Positions 39,201-48,308 of a stretch of 64,000 nucleotides of DNA are shown here, piece after piece. Source of the DNA: Treponema sp. GTDB lineage: Bacteria > Spirochaetota > Spirochaetia > Treponematales > Treponemataceae. Positions within the stretch are counted from its first letter, which is position 1; each line of letters begins with the position of its first letter. Made by a program: the position numbers and the translations under genes. Location: positions 9,963 to 73,962 of the forward strand of contig JAFOCI010000041.1 of the NCBI GenBank assembly GCA_017381365.1, given 5' to 3'. Below the pieces are notes generated by a model. The model did not search any database. It saw only the letters and a program-made list of their open reading frames with translations, and had not been told where the DNA came from.

Positions 39201-39375
39201 TGTCAGTTATTGTATTTCCTGGCAATCCTTCTGATGTTGTCCAGATTCGACTTCCAAAATTTGATATAAACTCATTGGAATATATATCACTGACAAAACC
39301 ATTAATCACTAGATTAAAAATAGTTATGAGAAAAATTATTCTTTTATTCCTAAGTAATGCCATAAATCTCCACAC
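36300..39375 (-). pseudogene. Periplasmic beta-propeller (two-component regulator propeller/Y_Y_Y) sensor with a C-terminal HD-GYP c-di-GMP phosphodiesterase domain, split by a frameshift
   Basis: ORF 38740-39375 has a signal anchor plus propeller repeats. ORF 36300-38792 has more repeats, a TM helix, a coiled coil, HDIGKIGIP and HHERYDGKGYP. Removing one T from the T8 run joins them (DGTFFYENGSFYRF). Confidence 0.75.
38744..38751. repeat. A8/T8 homopolymer at the frameshift site
   Basis: Eight consecutive A on the plus strand, located exactly where the two reading frames switch. Confidence 0.95.
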
Positions 39376-39529
39376 TTACAAGTATTAATTATAACACTTG
39401 TATATGAAATCATCAAAAAAATATTTTGCATTTTCTTTATTTTTTTCTTCGCTTTTTTCTGATTTGTAGCGTATACTTTAAGTAGAGATATTTAAGAATA
39501 TTTCAATTTTACAACTTTGGAGGCGCGTT

Positions 39530-39718
39530 ATGCATACAAAATTCGGCTTAAATAAACCTGATTTCGAAAAACTTTATGATAATCAGGAATATGCAAAACT
39601 TGCAGAACACTTGAAAGCAGCTCTCAACAATGGAAAGATTCGCTCAGGTGACTATGAATCTTGTCTTGAGTGGCTTGAAAAATCAGCACAGATGGTTGGT
39701 AAAACAATTAAAAATTAA
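39530..39718 (+). CDS. Hypothetical 62-aa protein
   Basis: GGAGG lies 8 nt upstream of the ATG, and repeat copy B follows as a terminator-like structure. Confidence 0.45.
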   Translation: MHTKFGLNKPDFEKLYDNQEYAKLAEHLKAALNNGKIRSGDYESCLEWLEKSAQMVGKTIKN

Positions 39719-39741
39719 TGCTAACTGATTTATAAAAAACA

Positions 39742-39862
39742 GGGGGCTGTCCCAAAAGTATAAATTGCAGTGGTCATTGAGCCTGTCGAAATGACCATCA
39801 CACTAAATGTGGTGGTTTCGATAAACTCAACCACCGTAATGCAAACTTATTGGACAGCCCCC
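39742..39862. repeat. Nested-palindrome intergenic repeat, copy B (opposite orientation to A and D)
   Basis: GGGGGCTGTCCC...GGACAGCCCCC termini flanked by A6 and T7 runs. Its reverse complement is almost identical to copy D apart from D's internal insert. Confidence 0.85.
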
Positions 39863-39903
39863 TGTTTTTTTATAACCCATTTAACGTTATATGAAATTCA
39901 ATA

Positions 39904-40872
39904 TTACTTTGCGCTTTCGCTCAAAGCCTGATGTTTCTTCAAAAGTTCTGTAGTAAGAGGTTCTTCAAAAATCATTGTCTTTGCTGCACGGTTTTCTTCA
40001 TCAACAGATTCACCTTCATAAAGGACTACAGGATAATCCTTGATGATGTCGGCACGGCCTTTTTCAATGATACATTTTGCCATTTCCATTGCAAGTGGAT
40101 TACATTTTTTGCCTTTATCAATGACGGCAACAGATTCTGTTAAAGTGTAGTTTCCTTCTACAGGGTCAACAAAATCAACAGGAAGACCAGCTTTTCTGTC
40201 GCGAACAGCCTGATGGCGCAATCCAAATCCTACTGCAACTTCGCCGGCACGAATCTTTTTGATAGGACCAGAACCGCTGAGTTCAAGATGTGGACCAGCA
40301 TTTTTGTAAATGGCAGCAAGAGCATCTTTTGCACCGTCTTCACCATAAGATTCAATAAGAGCCTGAACCATAAGCCATGCAGTTGTACTTCCCAAAGGAT
40401 CAACTACACTAACCCAGTCTTTGTAAAGTGGATTTCCAATATCTTTGATGCATGTTGGAACCGGAAGGTTTTTGTCTGCGATTACCATTTTGTTGTAAAT
40501 AACAACACCCTGCAATGCAAGCAAAGGAGTATAGAATGAAGGAGTCTTGATAACCTGTTTTGTTTCAAATTCAAGATCCTTGAACATGTTATTAGCCTGC
40601 TGTGCACTTTCAATGTAGAAAGAGCTCATTGTAATCAGGTCAGCTTCAATTGCAGTACCTTCTGCAAAAAGTTTTCCGCCAAGTTCGCTTGTACCAAAAG
40701 ACTGAAAAATATATTTTCCAGCAAAACCATTTTCATCAAGAGCTTTTTTTGCACTTACAGCAGCTTCATCATCAGCATTTGAATAGATGACAACCTGCTT
40801 TTCGCCTGATTTTTTGCTGCATCCGGCAAACAACGCTGTTACAGCAAGAACCAAAAGAACAATCTTCTTCAT
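39904..40872 (-). CDS. ABC importer substrate-binding lipoprotein (Fbp/ThiB-type family)
   Basis: 322 aa, lipobox LFAGC, periplasmic-binding-protein-like sequence. Operon with a fused permease and an ATPase. Confidence 0.7.
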   Translation of the reverse strand: MKKIVLLVLAVTALFAGCSKKSGEKQVVIYSNADDEAAVSAKKALDENGFAGKYIFQSFGTSELGGKLFAEGTAIEADLITMSSFYIESAQQANNMFKDLEFETKQVIKTPSFYTPLLALQGVVIYNKMVIADKNLPVPTCIKDIGNPLYKDWVSVVDPLGSTTAWLMVQALIESYGEDGAKDALAAIYKNAGPHLELSGSGPIKKIRAGEVAVGFGLRHQAVRDRKAGLPVDFVDPVEGNYTLTESVAVIDKGKKCNPLAMEMAKCIIEKGRADIIKDYPVVLYEGESVDEENRAAKTMIFEEPLTTELLKKHQALSESAK

Positions 40873-42489
40873 TTAGTTTACCTCTTTATGTTTAATAATA
40901 ATTCCTTTCACAGATTTAATCACAAGATTAGTTATCAAAATCAATATAGAAAGGATAAAGATTTCATTGAATTTAGCAAAATGCTGCAGTTCCTGAATTT
41001 TTGTAGTAATTACCATCGTTTTTGCTCCGGCAATAAATACAACAGCACTTACAGTTACCATTCCGTTTATAAAAAGATAACAGAAGACTTCCAGAAGAGT
41101 GCCAACCGCATTTGGAGTAATTACGCGAACTACAGTTTTTATCCAGTTATCCCCAAGAATTGTCGCAGTTGTTTCCCAGCTGGAATTCATCTTGTCTAAA
41201 GTACCCTTCATCATAAGATATGGAGTCGCAAAGAAGTGAACAAGATTACATGCAATAATGATTATAATCGTGTTGTGCAATGGCGTTCTGCGGAAAGCCA
41301 GAAGAAAGGCAATACCAAGCACCATGCCAGGAATTGTATTTGTAATCTGCGCCATAGATTCAATTACAAGATTTCCGTGAGGATGAATTTTACTGCGGGC
41401 AGTTACAAGAGCAGCAGCATAAACAAGAGCAGTTCCAAAAACAGCAGAAAGCAAACTTACCCACAAAGAATTTGTAAATACATGAACAAGTGCCTTATCA
41501 GCAAAAACTGACTGCAGATGCCTGAACGTAAACGCCTTGTTGTATGGCCATTCAGAAACGAAAGGCGAAACAATAACAACAAGAAAAATCGAAAGAACGC
41601 AGAAAAGAATAGCAAAGGAAAGCACAGCGCAGGCTGCATCTCGCACAACATTCTTTTTTAGTTCAATCTGAGAAATTTTATTGTAGCGAACATTAAAACG
41701 CTGCAAATAATTCAGAATAAGAATACTAACAATAGAAGGAAGCAGCATCATTATAGCGATTACAGCACCCTGATGGAAATTTGGAATTGAACCAAGCATC
41801 GTATTGTAAAGCAGTTCCGCAACAACAATGTAGCGGCCGCCAATAGAACTTGGAATACCAAAATCTGTAAAGCTTAAGAAAAAACTTTGAACCAGCGAAA
41901 CAGCAATAGTACCCCATAAAGGCTGAAGAATTGCCGTATTAAAAGATTTTACGCAGTTATCACCCATGATGCGGCTTACAATAAGATAACGCTTATCAAT
42001 ATAGCTCATTGTATTTTTTATGAGCGTAAAAGAAATTGGAAGAGTATAAATCACATATCCAAAAATCAGTCCTTTAAATCCATAAAAATCAAAGAACTGA
42101 CGGTGAAATACCTGAGTAAGCAGACCGTTGCGACCAAAAGAATAAATGATTGCAAAACCATAAGTAATTGTTGGCAAAAGCATTGGAAAAACAGCCATCG
42201 TTCGGATACATTTTTTTAGCCCTTGCGGAAGATTTGTAAAATTTTCTGTATAGGCAAGAACAAACGCCAGGACAGTAGTTATAAACGCACTTATGGAACT
42301 AACCTTTACGCTATTAAAAAAGGCTTTTGCCAGCTGCCCCTGCTCAAAAACATCAGAAAAATTTTTAAACGAAAATCCACCACCTGAAGTAAAGGCATTC
42401 TTAAAAAGAAGAAAGGCCGGAATGACAATAAAAAGTGCAAAAAATATCAGGATTCCAGAAAAAATGGTATTAATCTGTTTGTTTCTCAT
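40873..42489 (-). CDS. ABC importer permease with a duplicated (two-domain) membrane component
   Basis: 538 aa and polytopic. The size and duplication match FbpB/ThiP-type permeases. Confidence 0.75.
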   Translation of the reverse strand: MRNKQINTIFSGILIFFALFIVIPAFLLFKNAFTSGGGFSFKNFSDVFEQGQLAKAFFNSVKVSSISAFITTVLAFVLAYTENFTNLPQGLKKCIRTMAVFPMLLPTITYGFAIIYSFGRNGLLTQVFHRQFFDFYGFKGLIFGYVIYTLPISFTLIKNTMSYIDKRYLIVSRIMGDNCVKSFNTAILQPLWGTIAVSLVQSFFLSFTDFGIPSSIGGRYIVVAELLYNTMLGSIPNFHQGAVIAIMMLLPSIVSILILNYLQRFNVRYNKISQIELKKNVVRDAACAVLSFAILFCVLSIFLVVIVSPFVSEWPYNKAFTFRHLQSVFADKALVHVFTNSLWVSLLSAVFGTALVYAAALVTARSKIHPHGNLVIESMAQITNTIPGMVLGIAFLLAFRRTPLHNTIIIIIACNLVHFFATPYLMMKGTLDKMNSSWETTATILGDNWIKTVVRVITPNAVGTLLEVFCYLFINGMVTVSAVVFIAGAKTMVITTKIQELQHFAKFNEIFILSILILITNLVIKSVKGIIIKHKEVN

Positions 42490-42492
42490 AAA

Positions 42493-43272
42493 CTAATCCT
42501 TTTTTTCTGAAAACAATTTGAAAATATTGTCTTTTTTGATTGTAAGCTGCTTGATGATAAAATCCTTTACAAAATCACTGGCAGGGCGTTCAATAATATC
42601 TTCTGGAGTACCAAACTGTTCAATGTTTCCTTTATTGATGATAAGAACCTTGTCACTGATTGTAAGAGCTTCTTCTGGATCGTGAGTTACGATAATTGTA
42701 GTAAGATTGAAATCTTTGGCAATGCGCACAATCGTTTCCTTAATAGACTCTTTGATTACACCGTCCAATGCAGAGAGGGGTTCATCAAGAAGAAGGATTT
42801 TTGGCTTCATCACCATTGTTCTGGCAAGAGCAACCCGCTGTTTCTGACCACCAGAAAGCTTGTCAATTTTCTTATCAAGATGCTGGCGTAAATCCAGCAA
42901 ATCAATCAAAGAATCTACTTCCTGCTGAGTGGAACGACATGGATAATTGCGCAAGCCGTAAGTTATATTTTTGTAAGCATTAAGATTAGGAAAAAGTGCA
43001 TAGTCCTGAAAAACAATATTAAACCCGCGAAGTTCCATCGGTACATTTGTTAAATCTTTCCCATCAAAAATAACGTTTCCAGAATCCGGTTTAATGATTC
43101 CAAGAATCAGATTTAAAAGAGTAGTTTTACCGCTGCCAGATGACCCAAGAATTGATACGATTTCTGAATTTTCAATGGAAATCGAAATATCCTTTAGAAT
43201 TGTAACGCCATCATAGGACTTTTTAATGTTTTTCAGTTCTAACAATTTTTTCCCCAAATCACTACTATTCAA
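42493..43272 (-). CDS. ABC transporter ATP-binding protein
   Basis: GSSGSGKTT, LSGGQKQRVALAR, LLLDEPLSALD. Confidence 0.9.
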   Translation of the reverse strand: MNSSDLGKKLLELKNIKKSYDGVTILKDISISIENSEIVSILGSSGSGKTTLLNLILGIIKPDSGNVIFDGKDLTNVPMELRGFNIVFQDYALFPNLNAYKNITYGLRNYPCRSTQQEVDSLIDLLDLRQHLDKKIDKLSGGQKQRVALARTMVMKPKILLLDEPLSALDGVIKESIKETIVRIAKDFNLTTIIVTHDPEEALTISDKVLIINKGNIEQFGTPEDIIERPASDFVKDFIIKQLTIKKDNIFKLFSEKKD

Positions 43273-44152
43273 TACGAGTTTTATCGAAAAGCGGTGAACT
43301 TAAATATTTGTTCAAGCTGTCTTTCCAGTCTGGCAAAGCAATTCCCAGAGTCTTCTGAATTTTGTCTTTACTCAAAACTGAATATGCAGGACGTTTTGCA
43401 GGCGTTGGGTATTCTTCTGTTGCACATGGATTTACAACACAGTCTTTGTTTGTTACCCAGCCCTTTTCTATTCCCTGCCGCTTAATTTCATTTGTAAAAT
43501 CCCACCATGTAATTTCACCAAGATCTGTACAATGGTAAATTCCATAAGGAACGTCATTTTTTTGAATTATCTTAATGATTACGCCAGCCAGATCTCCTGC
43601 AAAAGTTGGTGTACCTTTCTGGTCATTTACAACCTTTACGGCATCGTGAGTATTCATTGCGCGAATCATAGTATATACGAAATTTTTACCTGCCCAGCCA
43701 TAAAGCCATGCAGTTCGCAAAATATAATATTCTTTTGTAGTTGCGGCAACAGCTTTTTCGCCATCAGCTTTTGTAACGCCGTAAACACCGATTGGAGCAA
43801 CTGGCATATCTTCTGTGCGAGGAGTATTTCCTGTGCCGTCAAAAACATAATCTGTGGAAATGTGAATCATCTTTGCGCCATATTTTTTTGCAACGGCAGC
43901 AATATTTTCAGGACCATTTACGTTAAGTTTTGTGGCAAGTTCAATATCACTTTCTGCCTTATCAACAGCAGTATACGCAGAACAGTTGATTATATATTGA
44001 AGATTATTTAATGAAGATGCGAATTTATCCAAAGCTTCTGGATTTGTGATGTCAACATCAATATCTGTGCCAGTATATTCAATGTTGTTTTCCTTAAACT
44101 GACGGGCAATTTCCGTACCAAGCATTCCTTTGCATCCGATTAACCAAATCAT
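43265..44152 (-). CDS. rfbD: dTDP-4-dehydrorhamnose reductase
   Basis: 295 aa, GCKGMLG, STDYVFDG, YGVTKADGE (YxxxK). Confidence 0.85.
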   Translation of the reverse strand: MIWLIGCKGMLGTEIARQFKENNIEYTGTDIDVDITNPEALDKFASSLNNLQYIINCSAYTAVDKAESDIELATKLNVNGPENIAAVAKKYGAKMIHISTDYVFDGTGNTPRTEDMPVAPIGVYGVTKADGEKAVAATTKEYYILRTAWLYGWAGKNFVYTMIRAMNTHDAVKVVNDQKGTPTFAGDLAGVIIKIIQKNDVPYGIYHCTDLGEITWWDFTNEIKRQGIEKGWVTNKDCVVNPCATEEYPTPAKRPAYSVLSKDKIQKTLGIALPDWKDSLNKYLSSPLFDKTRIE

Positions 44153-44242
44153 AAAACCTTCCTAAATTATATTGAATATTTTTTACGCAATTTTTTCAAG
44201 TGGTGCGCAGATTTTTTACATAAATTATACAGTATGAGTCCG

Positions 44243-45532
44243 CTAAAGCTTTCCGCAGATTTTACTGGAATAAAATGTCTCAATTGCCTTTACCAGAAAC
44301 TCAACATCTTTTGCCCCGGCAGACTCATAAGGCGAATGCATTGCCCACTGTGCAAGTCCTATATCTACACTGCAGAAAGGAACCTGAGAAGTACTTATAT
44401 TTCCTAAAGTAGAACCACCGGCAACATTTGAATTGTTTGTAAAAATCTGAAACGGGACCTGTGCTTTTCGGCAGATTTCCTTGAAAATGCCACCGCTGAT
44501 TCCGTCAGTTGTGTATTTCTGGGCAGCATTGTATTTAATAACAACGCCACCGTTTACAACCGGCTGATTTACAGGATCTGCAGAACTTTTAAAGTTGGGA
44601 TGAACCCCGTGCGCATTGTCTGCACTAACCAAAAAACTGGACGCAACTGCCGCCATATATTCCTGTTCTGTACGGTCAAAACAGCAGTTTATTCGCCGCA
44701 AAGTATCTTTTAAAAACGTAGAACCTGCCCCCTGGCGGCTTCCACTTCCAACCTCTTCATTATCATAAACACAGAAAACTTTCGCAAAATCTGAATTTTC
44801 AGAATTCAAAAATCCCTGCAAAGTTGAAAACACACATTCCAAATCATCAAGTTTTGGCGCAGAAATAAATTCATCCTCTGCACCCCAGACAGAAGGTTCA
44901 TCTCTGTTATAAAGATACAAATCGTGGCCGGCAATAGAATCTTTAGCAATGCCTGTCTGAACAGAAAGATAATCCAGCAGATTAAAAGATTCATTTCCAG
45001 AAATAAGAGGAAGCATTTCGTTTTGTACGTCGATTTTATGCCCTTCGTTGGCTGTTCTGTTCATGTGAATTGCAAGACTGGGAATCATTACAAGATTTTT
45101 ACCAAAATCAACAAGCCGCTGACTTACACTGATATTTTCACCGCTACTTTCAGAAACAATGACCCTGCCAGCAATACCTAAAGGTCTATCAAACCAGGGA
45201 TTCATTAACATTCCGCCATATTTTTCAACATTAAGACGGACAACCCCTGCACTTTTCATTTCCGGGTTTTCCTTGATTTTAAAACATGGCGAATCACTGT
45301 GGCTTGCAGTTACCAGAAAACCAGAAAAATCTTTTTTAGGAACAGAGAAGCCGATTATTGCAGAACCATTTTTTTCTACAAAATAATTTCTTCCAGCCGC
45401 CAGCTGCCAAAGCTTGTTTTCCTTTAATTCTGTAAAGCCATTCTTCAGTAAAACATCTCTAATATTAGCCACCACATGAAAGCAGCTTGGACTAGTGCTT
45501 ATAAAATCAAAAAGTGCTTTTGTATATTCCAT
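44243..45532 (-). CDS. M18-family aminopeptidase
   Basis: 429 aa, ASHSDSPCFKIK, with metal-ligand-like regions near the C-terminus. Confidence 0.8.
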   Translation of the reverse strand: MEYTKALFDFISTSPSCFHVVANIRDVLLKNGFTELKENKLWQLAAGRNYFVEKNGSAIIGFSVPKKDFSGFLVTASHSDSPCFKIKENPEMKSAGVVRLNVEKYGGMLMNPWFDRPLGIAGRVIVSESSGENISVSQRLVDFGKNLVMIPSLAIHMNRTANEGHKIDVQNEMLPLISGNESFNLLDYLSVQTGIAKDSIAGHDLYLYNRDEPSVWGAEDEFISAPKLDDLECVFSTLQGFLNSENSDFAKVFCVYDNEEVGSGSRQGAGSTFLKDTLRRINCCFDRTEQEYMAAVASSFLVSADNAHGVHPNFKSSADPVNQPVVNGGVVIKYNAAQKYTTDGISGGIFKEICRKAQVPFQIFTNNSNVAGGSTLGNISTSQVPFCSVDIGLAQWAMHSPYESAGAKDVEFLVKAIETFYSSKICGKL

Positions 45533-45558
45533 ATCATATTCCTAAATAAACATACTAT

Positions 45559-45605
45559 GAAAAAAAGGACCCCTTCTGCACAAATGAATTTGCAGATGAA
45601 GTCCT
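45559..45605 (-). terminator. Rho-independent terminator after the FecR-like gene
   Basis: On the minus strand there is a 15-bp stem (AGGACUUCAUCUGCA / UGCAGAAGGGGUCCU, one mismatch and two G-U pairs) followed by U7. Confidence 0.7.
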
Positions 45606-45660
45606 CTCTTAGTATTGCAATATTCAACATTATAAATTAATGTCGTTTTTCATAAACAAA

Positions 45661-46515
45661 TTAGTCTTCAAATTTAGCAGTAATGCTCAATGAACCAGTA
45701 GCTGCAGCAGAATTTGAAGAGCTGCTCATAGTCGCACCAGAATTTCCTGATGATGCAACTGATTCAGAAAATGCAACACTATTAGTAGAAGAGCTTTCAA
45801 CAGTAGTGTTTGAATAAGCATTAACCTGCGCAGATGTTACATTACCAGAAGAACTAAAACCTGAAGTTTGAGCTTTAGTTATTGTAACAGAATTTGCAGG
45901 AGCATTCTCAATAGACTGGGAAGATAAAGCACCGGTCGCAATTGAACCATCTGTTTCTGCAGTTTCATTAGTTTCTGCAGTTCCATTTGTTTCCTCAGAA
46001 GGCTGATCTTCTTCAACAACAGGTTCACTTACTGTTGTTGGCCATGCCAAAACTACCCCACGTTCAGTTTCAACTTTAGCACCACGATATTCATTTGAAA
46101 GTTTTACAATTGTACCGCGAACAGAAGCGGTTGCAACAGGCGAACGAACAGTAAAACCAACTTTTCTGTTCCCAGAACGATTTACTTCTGAACGAACAGA
46201 ACCTGTATCAATAAAAATTCGTGTATCATCTTTATCAGAACCAGCAGAAAGATTTTCAATAACCATACGTGTAAGCTGAGAAATCTTCATATTTGATTCT
46301 TTTACCTTAAGAACAAGCTCACTCTTAAAACCAGTTTGAACAACAGAACCCTTTTTAAGAACATCACCTTCTTTTACAGGAACCCACTGAGTTCCATTCT
46401 GAACTTCAACCTTTCCAGTAGATGAAACAACAACTGCGTCAAGAGCATCTGCAAAGGCAAAAGAACCTGCAAACATTAATGAAACAGCCATAATTTTTAA
46501 CAACGTTCTTCTCAT
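45661..46515 (-). CDS. FecR-domain secreted protein with a Ser/Thr-rich C-terminus
   Basis: Start set at the ATG at 46515, with GGAGGG 8 nt upstream. Signal peptide present. FecR-like GKVEVQ...W.PVKEGDVLKKGSVVQTG...FTVRSPVATASVRGT. Confidence 0.65.
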   Translation of the reverse strand: MRRTLLKIMAVSLMFAGSFAFADALDAVVVSSTGKVEVQNGTQWVPVKEGDVLKKGSVVQTGFKSELVLKVKESNMKISQLTRMVIENLSAGSDKDDTRIFIDTGSVRSEVNRSGNRKVGFTVRSPVATASVRGTIVKLSNEYRGAKVETERGVVLAWPTTVSEPVVEEDQPSEETNGTAETNETAETDGSIATGALSSQSIENAPANSVTITKAQTSGFSSSGNVTSAQVNAYSNTTVESSSTNSVAFSESVASSGNSGATMSSSSNSAAATGSLSITAKFED

Positions 46516-46533
46516 GACAAATCCCTCCATAAA

Positions 46534-47799
46534 TTAGAATGATATTACAGCTCTAATACCAAAAGTTGTTTTTTTGATATCTTCGTTATTTTTAGCAAAA
46601 AACTGGCTGACATTAGCAGAAAGCAAAATATCACTTAGCAGCTGCCAGTTTATGTTAGCTGTATACTGGAATCCTGTATTTGAATCATTAATTCCTGTCT
46701 GTTCATAAGCACCTTCTGGTCTTTCTGCATGTCCATTTGAAATATCATAAACCATATCGCAGGCACCAGCAAGTTGAAGATTGTGCAAAATCTTCATTGA
46801 AGAAGAAAGTCCAAACTTGAAAATACCAGAATATTCAATATCAGCAAGCGATAAAGTTGGATTTATGCTTGTAATTCCAGTAAATCCCATAAGGAAACCG
46901 CGGTCACCAGATGCATAAACAGCATTAGCACCAATACAAGAATCAAATTTGCTAAAATAGTAATCCAAATTAATTTTTGAAAGATTTGCAATTTCTGTAC
47001 CGTTTGTATGGAATTTTGTAAAGCCAAAGGTTGAACTTGCATTATAATAAAGAGAATCAACAACAGGACCATTAACACTAATAGTTGCGTACATTCTGTT
47101 GAAAAGTTCCTTTTCTAATCGGAAAGCACCAATAAACTGAGCAGCTACAGTCTGACGCGCAAAAAGATTAGGGAAAGAAACAGTCAAACCGCCAACCGCA
47201 TACTGTTCGGCAAAATCATAAAGCTTATCTTTATCACCTTCAACAGGCTTAAATCTGTAGAACGAATCATCATAAACATCGTCAATTCTATCTGTATCTC
47301 TTACATAAACTCCGCGTTCAGCAGTAATCATCTTTACATTCAACGCATTCAAAAGACCAGTATATGCTCCATAAACCGAAACATCAAAACGGTTTCCTTT
47401 ATAATTAAAAAGAATTCCATCTGCATTTTGAGCAAAAACCAAACCGCTTAAATCTGAATAGAAAAAACGACCTGAAGACAAACTTATTTTTCCATTAGCA
47501 AGCTTTTTTCCCAAATTCAGTTTAAAAAGATCAGAATCAATAATGTTTGTTGTCTTATCAGCATCAAAATCCCGTTCAAAATCGTAAATGAAGTCTGCAA
47601 TAAAATAATTCATTCCAGTTTCATCAAAGACAGTCTTAAACCATAAAGAAGCAGAATCCTTCTGATCGAGTTTAAAATTTTGATCTTTATTAGTTTTAAT
47701 TGTAGTTAAATTATTCAGCAGTCCGCCAAAATCAACAGCGAATACAGCATTTGAAATCAACATTGCTGCAAGTACAAAACAATATCGCAACTTTTTCAT
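46534..47799 (-). CDS. Putative outer-membrane beta-barrel protein
   Basis: 421 aa, signal peptide, alternating-hydrophobicity strands, C-terminal ...IRAVISF. Confidence 0.5.
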   Translation of the reverse strand: MKKLRYCFVLAAMLISNAVFAVDFGGLLNNLTTIKTNKDQNFKLDQKDSASLWFKTVFDETGMNYFIADFIYDFERDFDADKTTNIIDSDLFKLNLGKKLANGKISLSSGRFFYSDLSGLVFAQNADGILFNYKGNRFDVSVYGAYTGLLNALNVKMITAERGVYVRDTDRIDDVYDDSFYRFKPVEGDKDKLYDFAEQYAVGGLTVSFPNLFARQTVAAQFIGAFRLEKELFNRMYATISVNGPVVDSLYYNASSTFGFTKFHTNGTEIANLSKINLDYYFSKFDSCIGANAVYASGDRGFLMGFTGITSINPTLSLADIEYSGIFKFGLSSSMKILHNLQLAGACDMVYDISNGHAERPEGAYEQTGINDSNTGFQYTANINWQLLSDILLSANVSQFFAKNNEDIKKTTFGIRAVISF

Positions 47800-48251
47800 T
47801 ATTTTGTCCCTCCAGCAATTGATGATAAACCGTCAAGAATTACAATTGCATCACGACCCGAAACCTTAAAAGAAGGATCTGCTTCTGACGGAAGAATTCC
47901 TTTCGCTTTTAATTCTCTGTAGGAATAGCGGGAATTATGCGTAATGGAATAAAACAATCCGCCTTTAAGCTCTACTGCTTTTGCAAACAGGGCAGAAACT
48001 TTACCAAGAGTAATAAGCTCATCACAAGATTCTTTTTCTGAAAAATATTTATTTTCAGAAAGAATTTTGAATGCATCCTCTTCAGAAGCATCCTCCCCAA
48101 CAAGATTTTTAAATGTTGCAGCAAGATAAGCAGCCTGACCTTTTGTAATCTGCTTGGTTTTAAGCAGAGCGCTGATTTTCTCTGCACTCTGAGCATTTAC
48201 AACCATAACAGAAAATAGAGTTATTAATAAAAAAATTAAAAACTTTCTCAC
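47799..48251 (-). CDS. Small secreted protein, hypothetical
   Basis: 150 aa, signal peptide ending VNAQS. TAATG overlap with the OMP gene. Confidence 0.45.
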   Translation of the reverse strand: MRKFLIFLLITLFSVMVVNAQSAEKISALLKTKQITKGQAAYLAATFKNLVGEDASEEDAFKILSENKYFSEKESCDELITLGKVSALFAKAVELKGGLFYSITHNSRYSYRELKAKGILPSEADPSFKVSGRDAIVILDGLSSIAGGTK

Positions 48252-48308
48252 AATTTTGTCCTTATAAAAAGTTGTACTAACATTATATGAAATGTTATAA
48301 TTTTAGTC

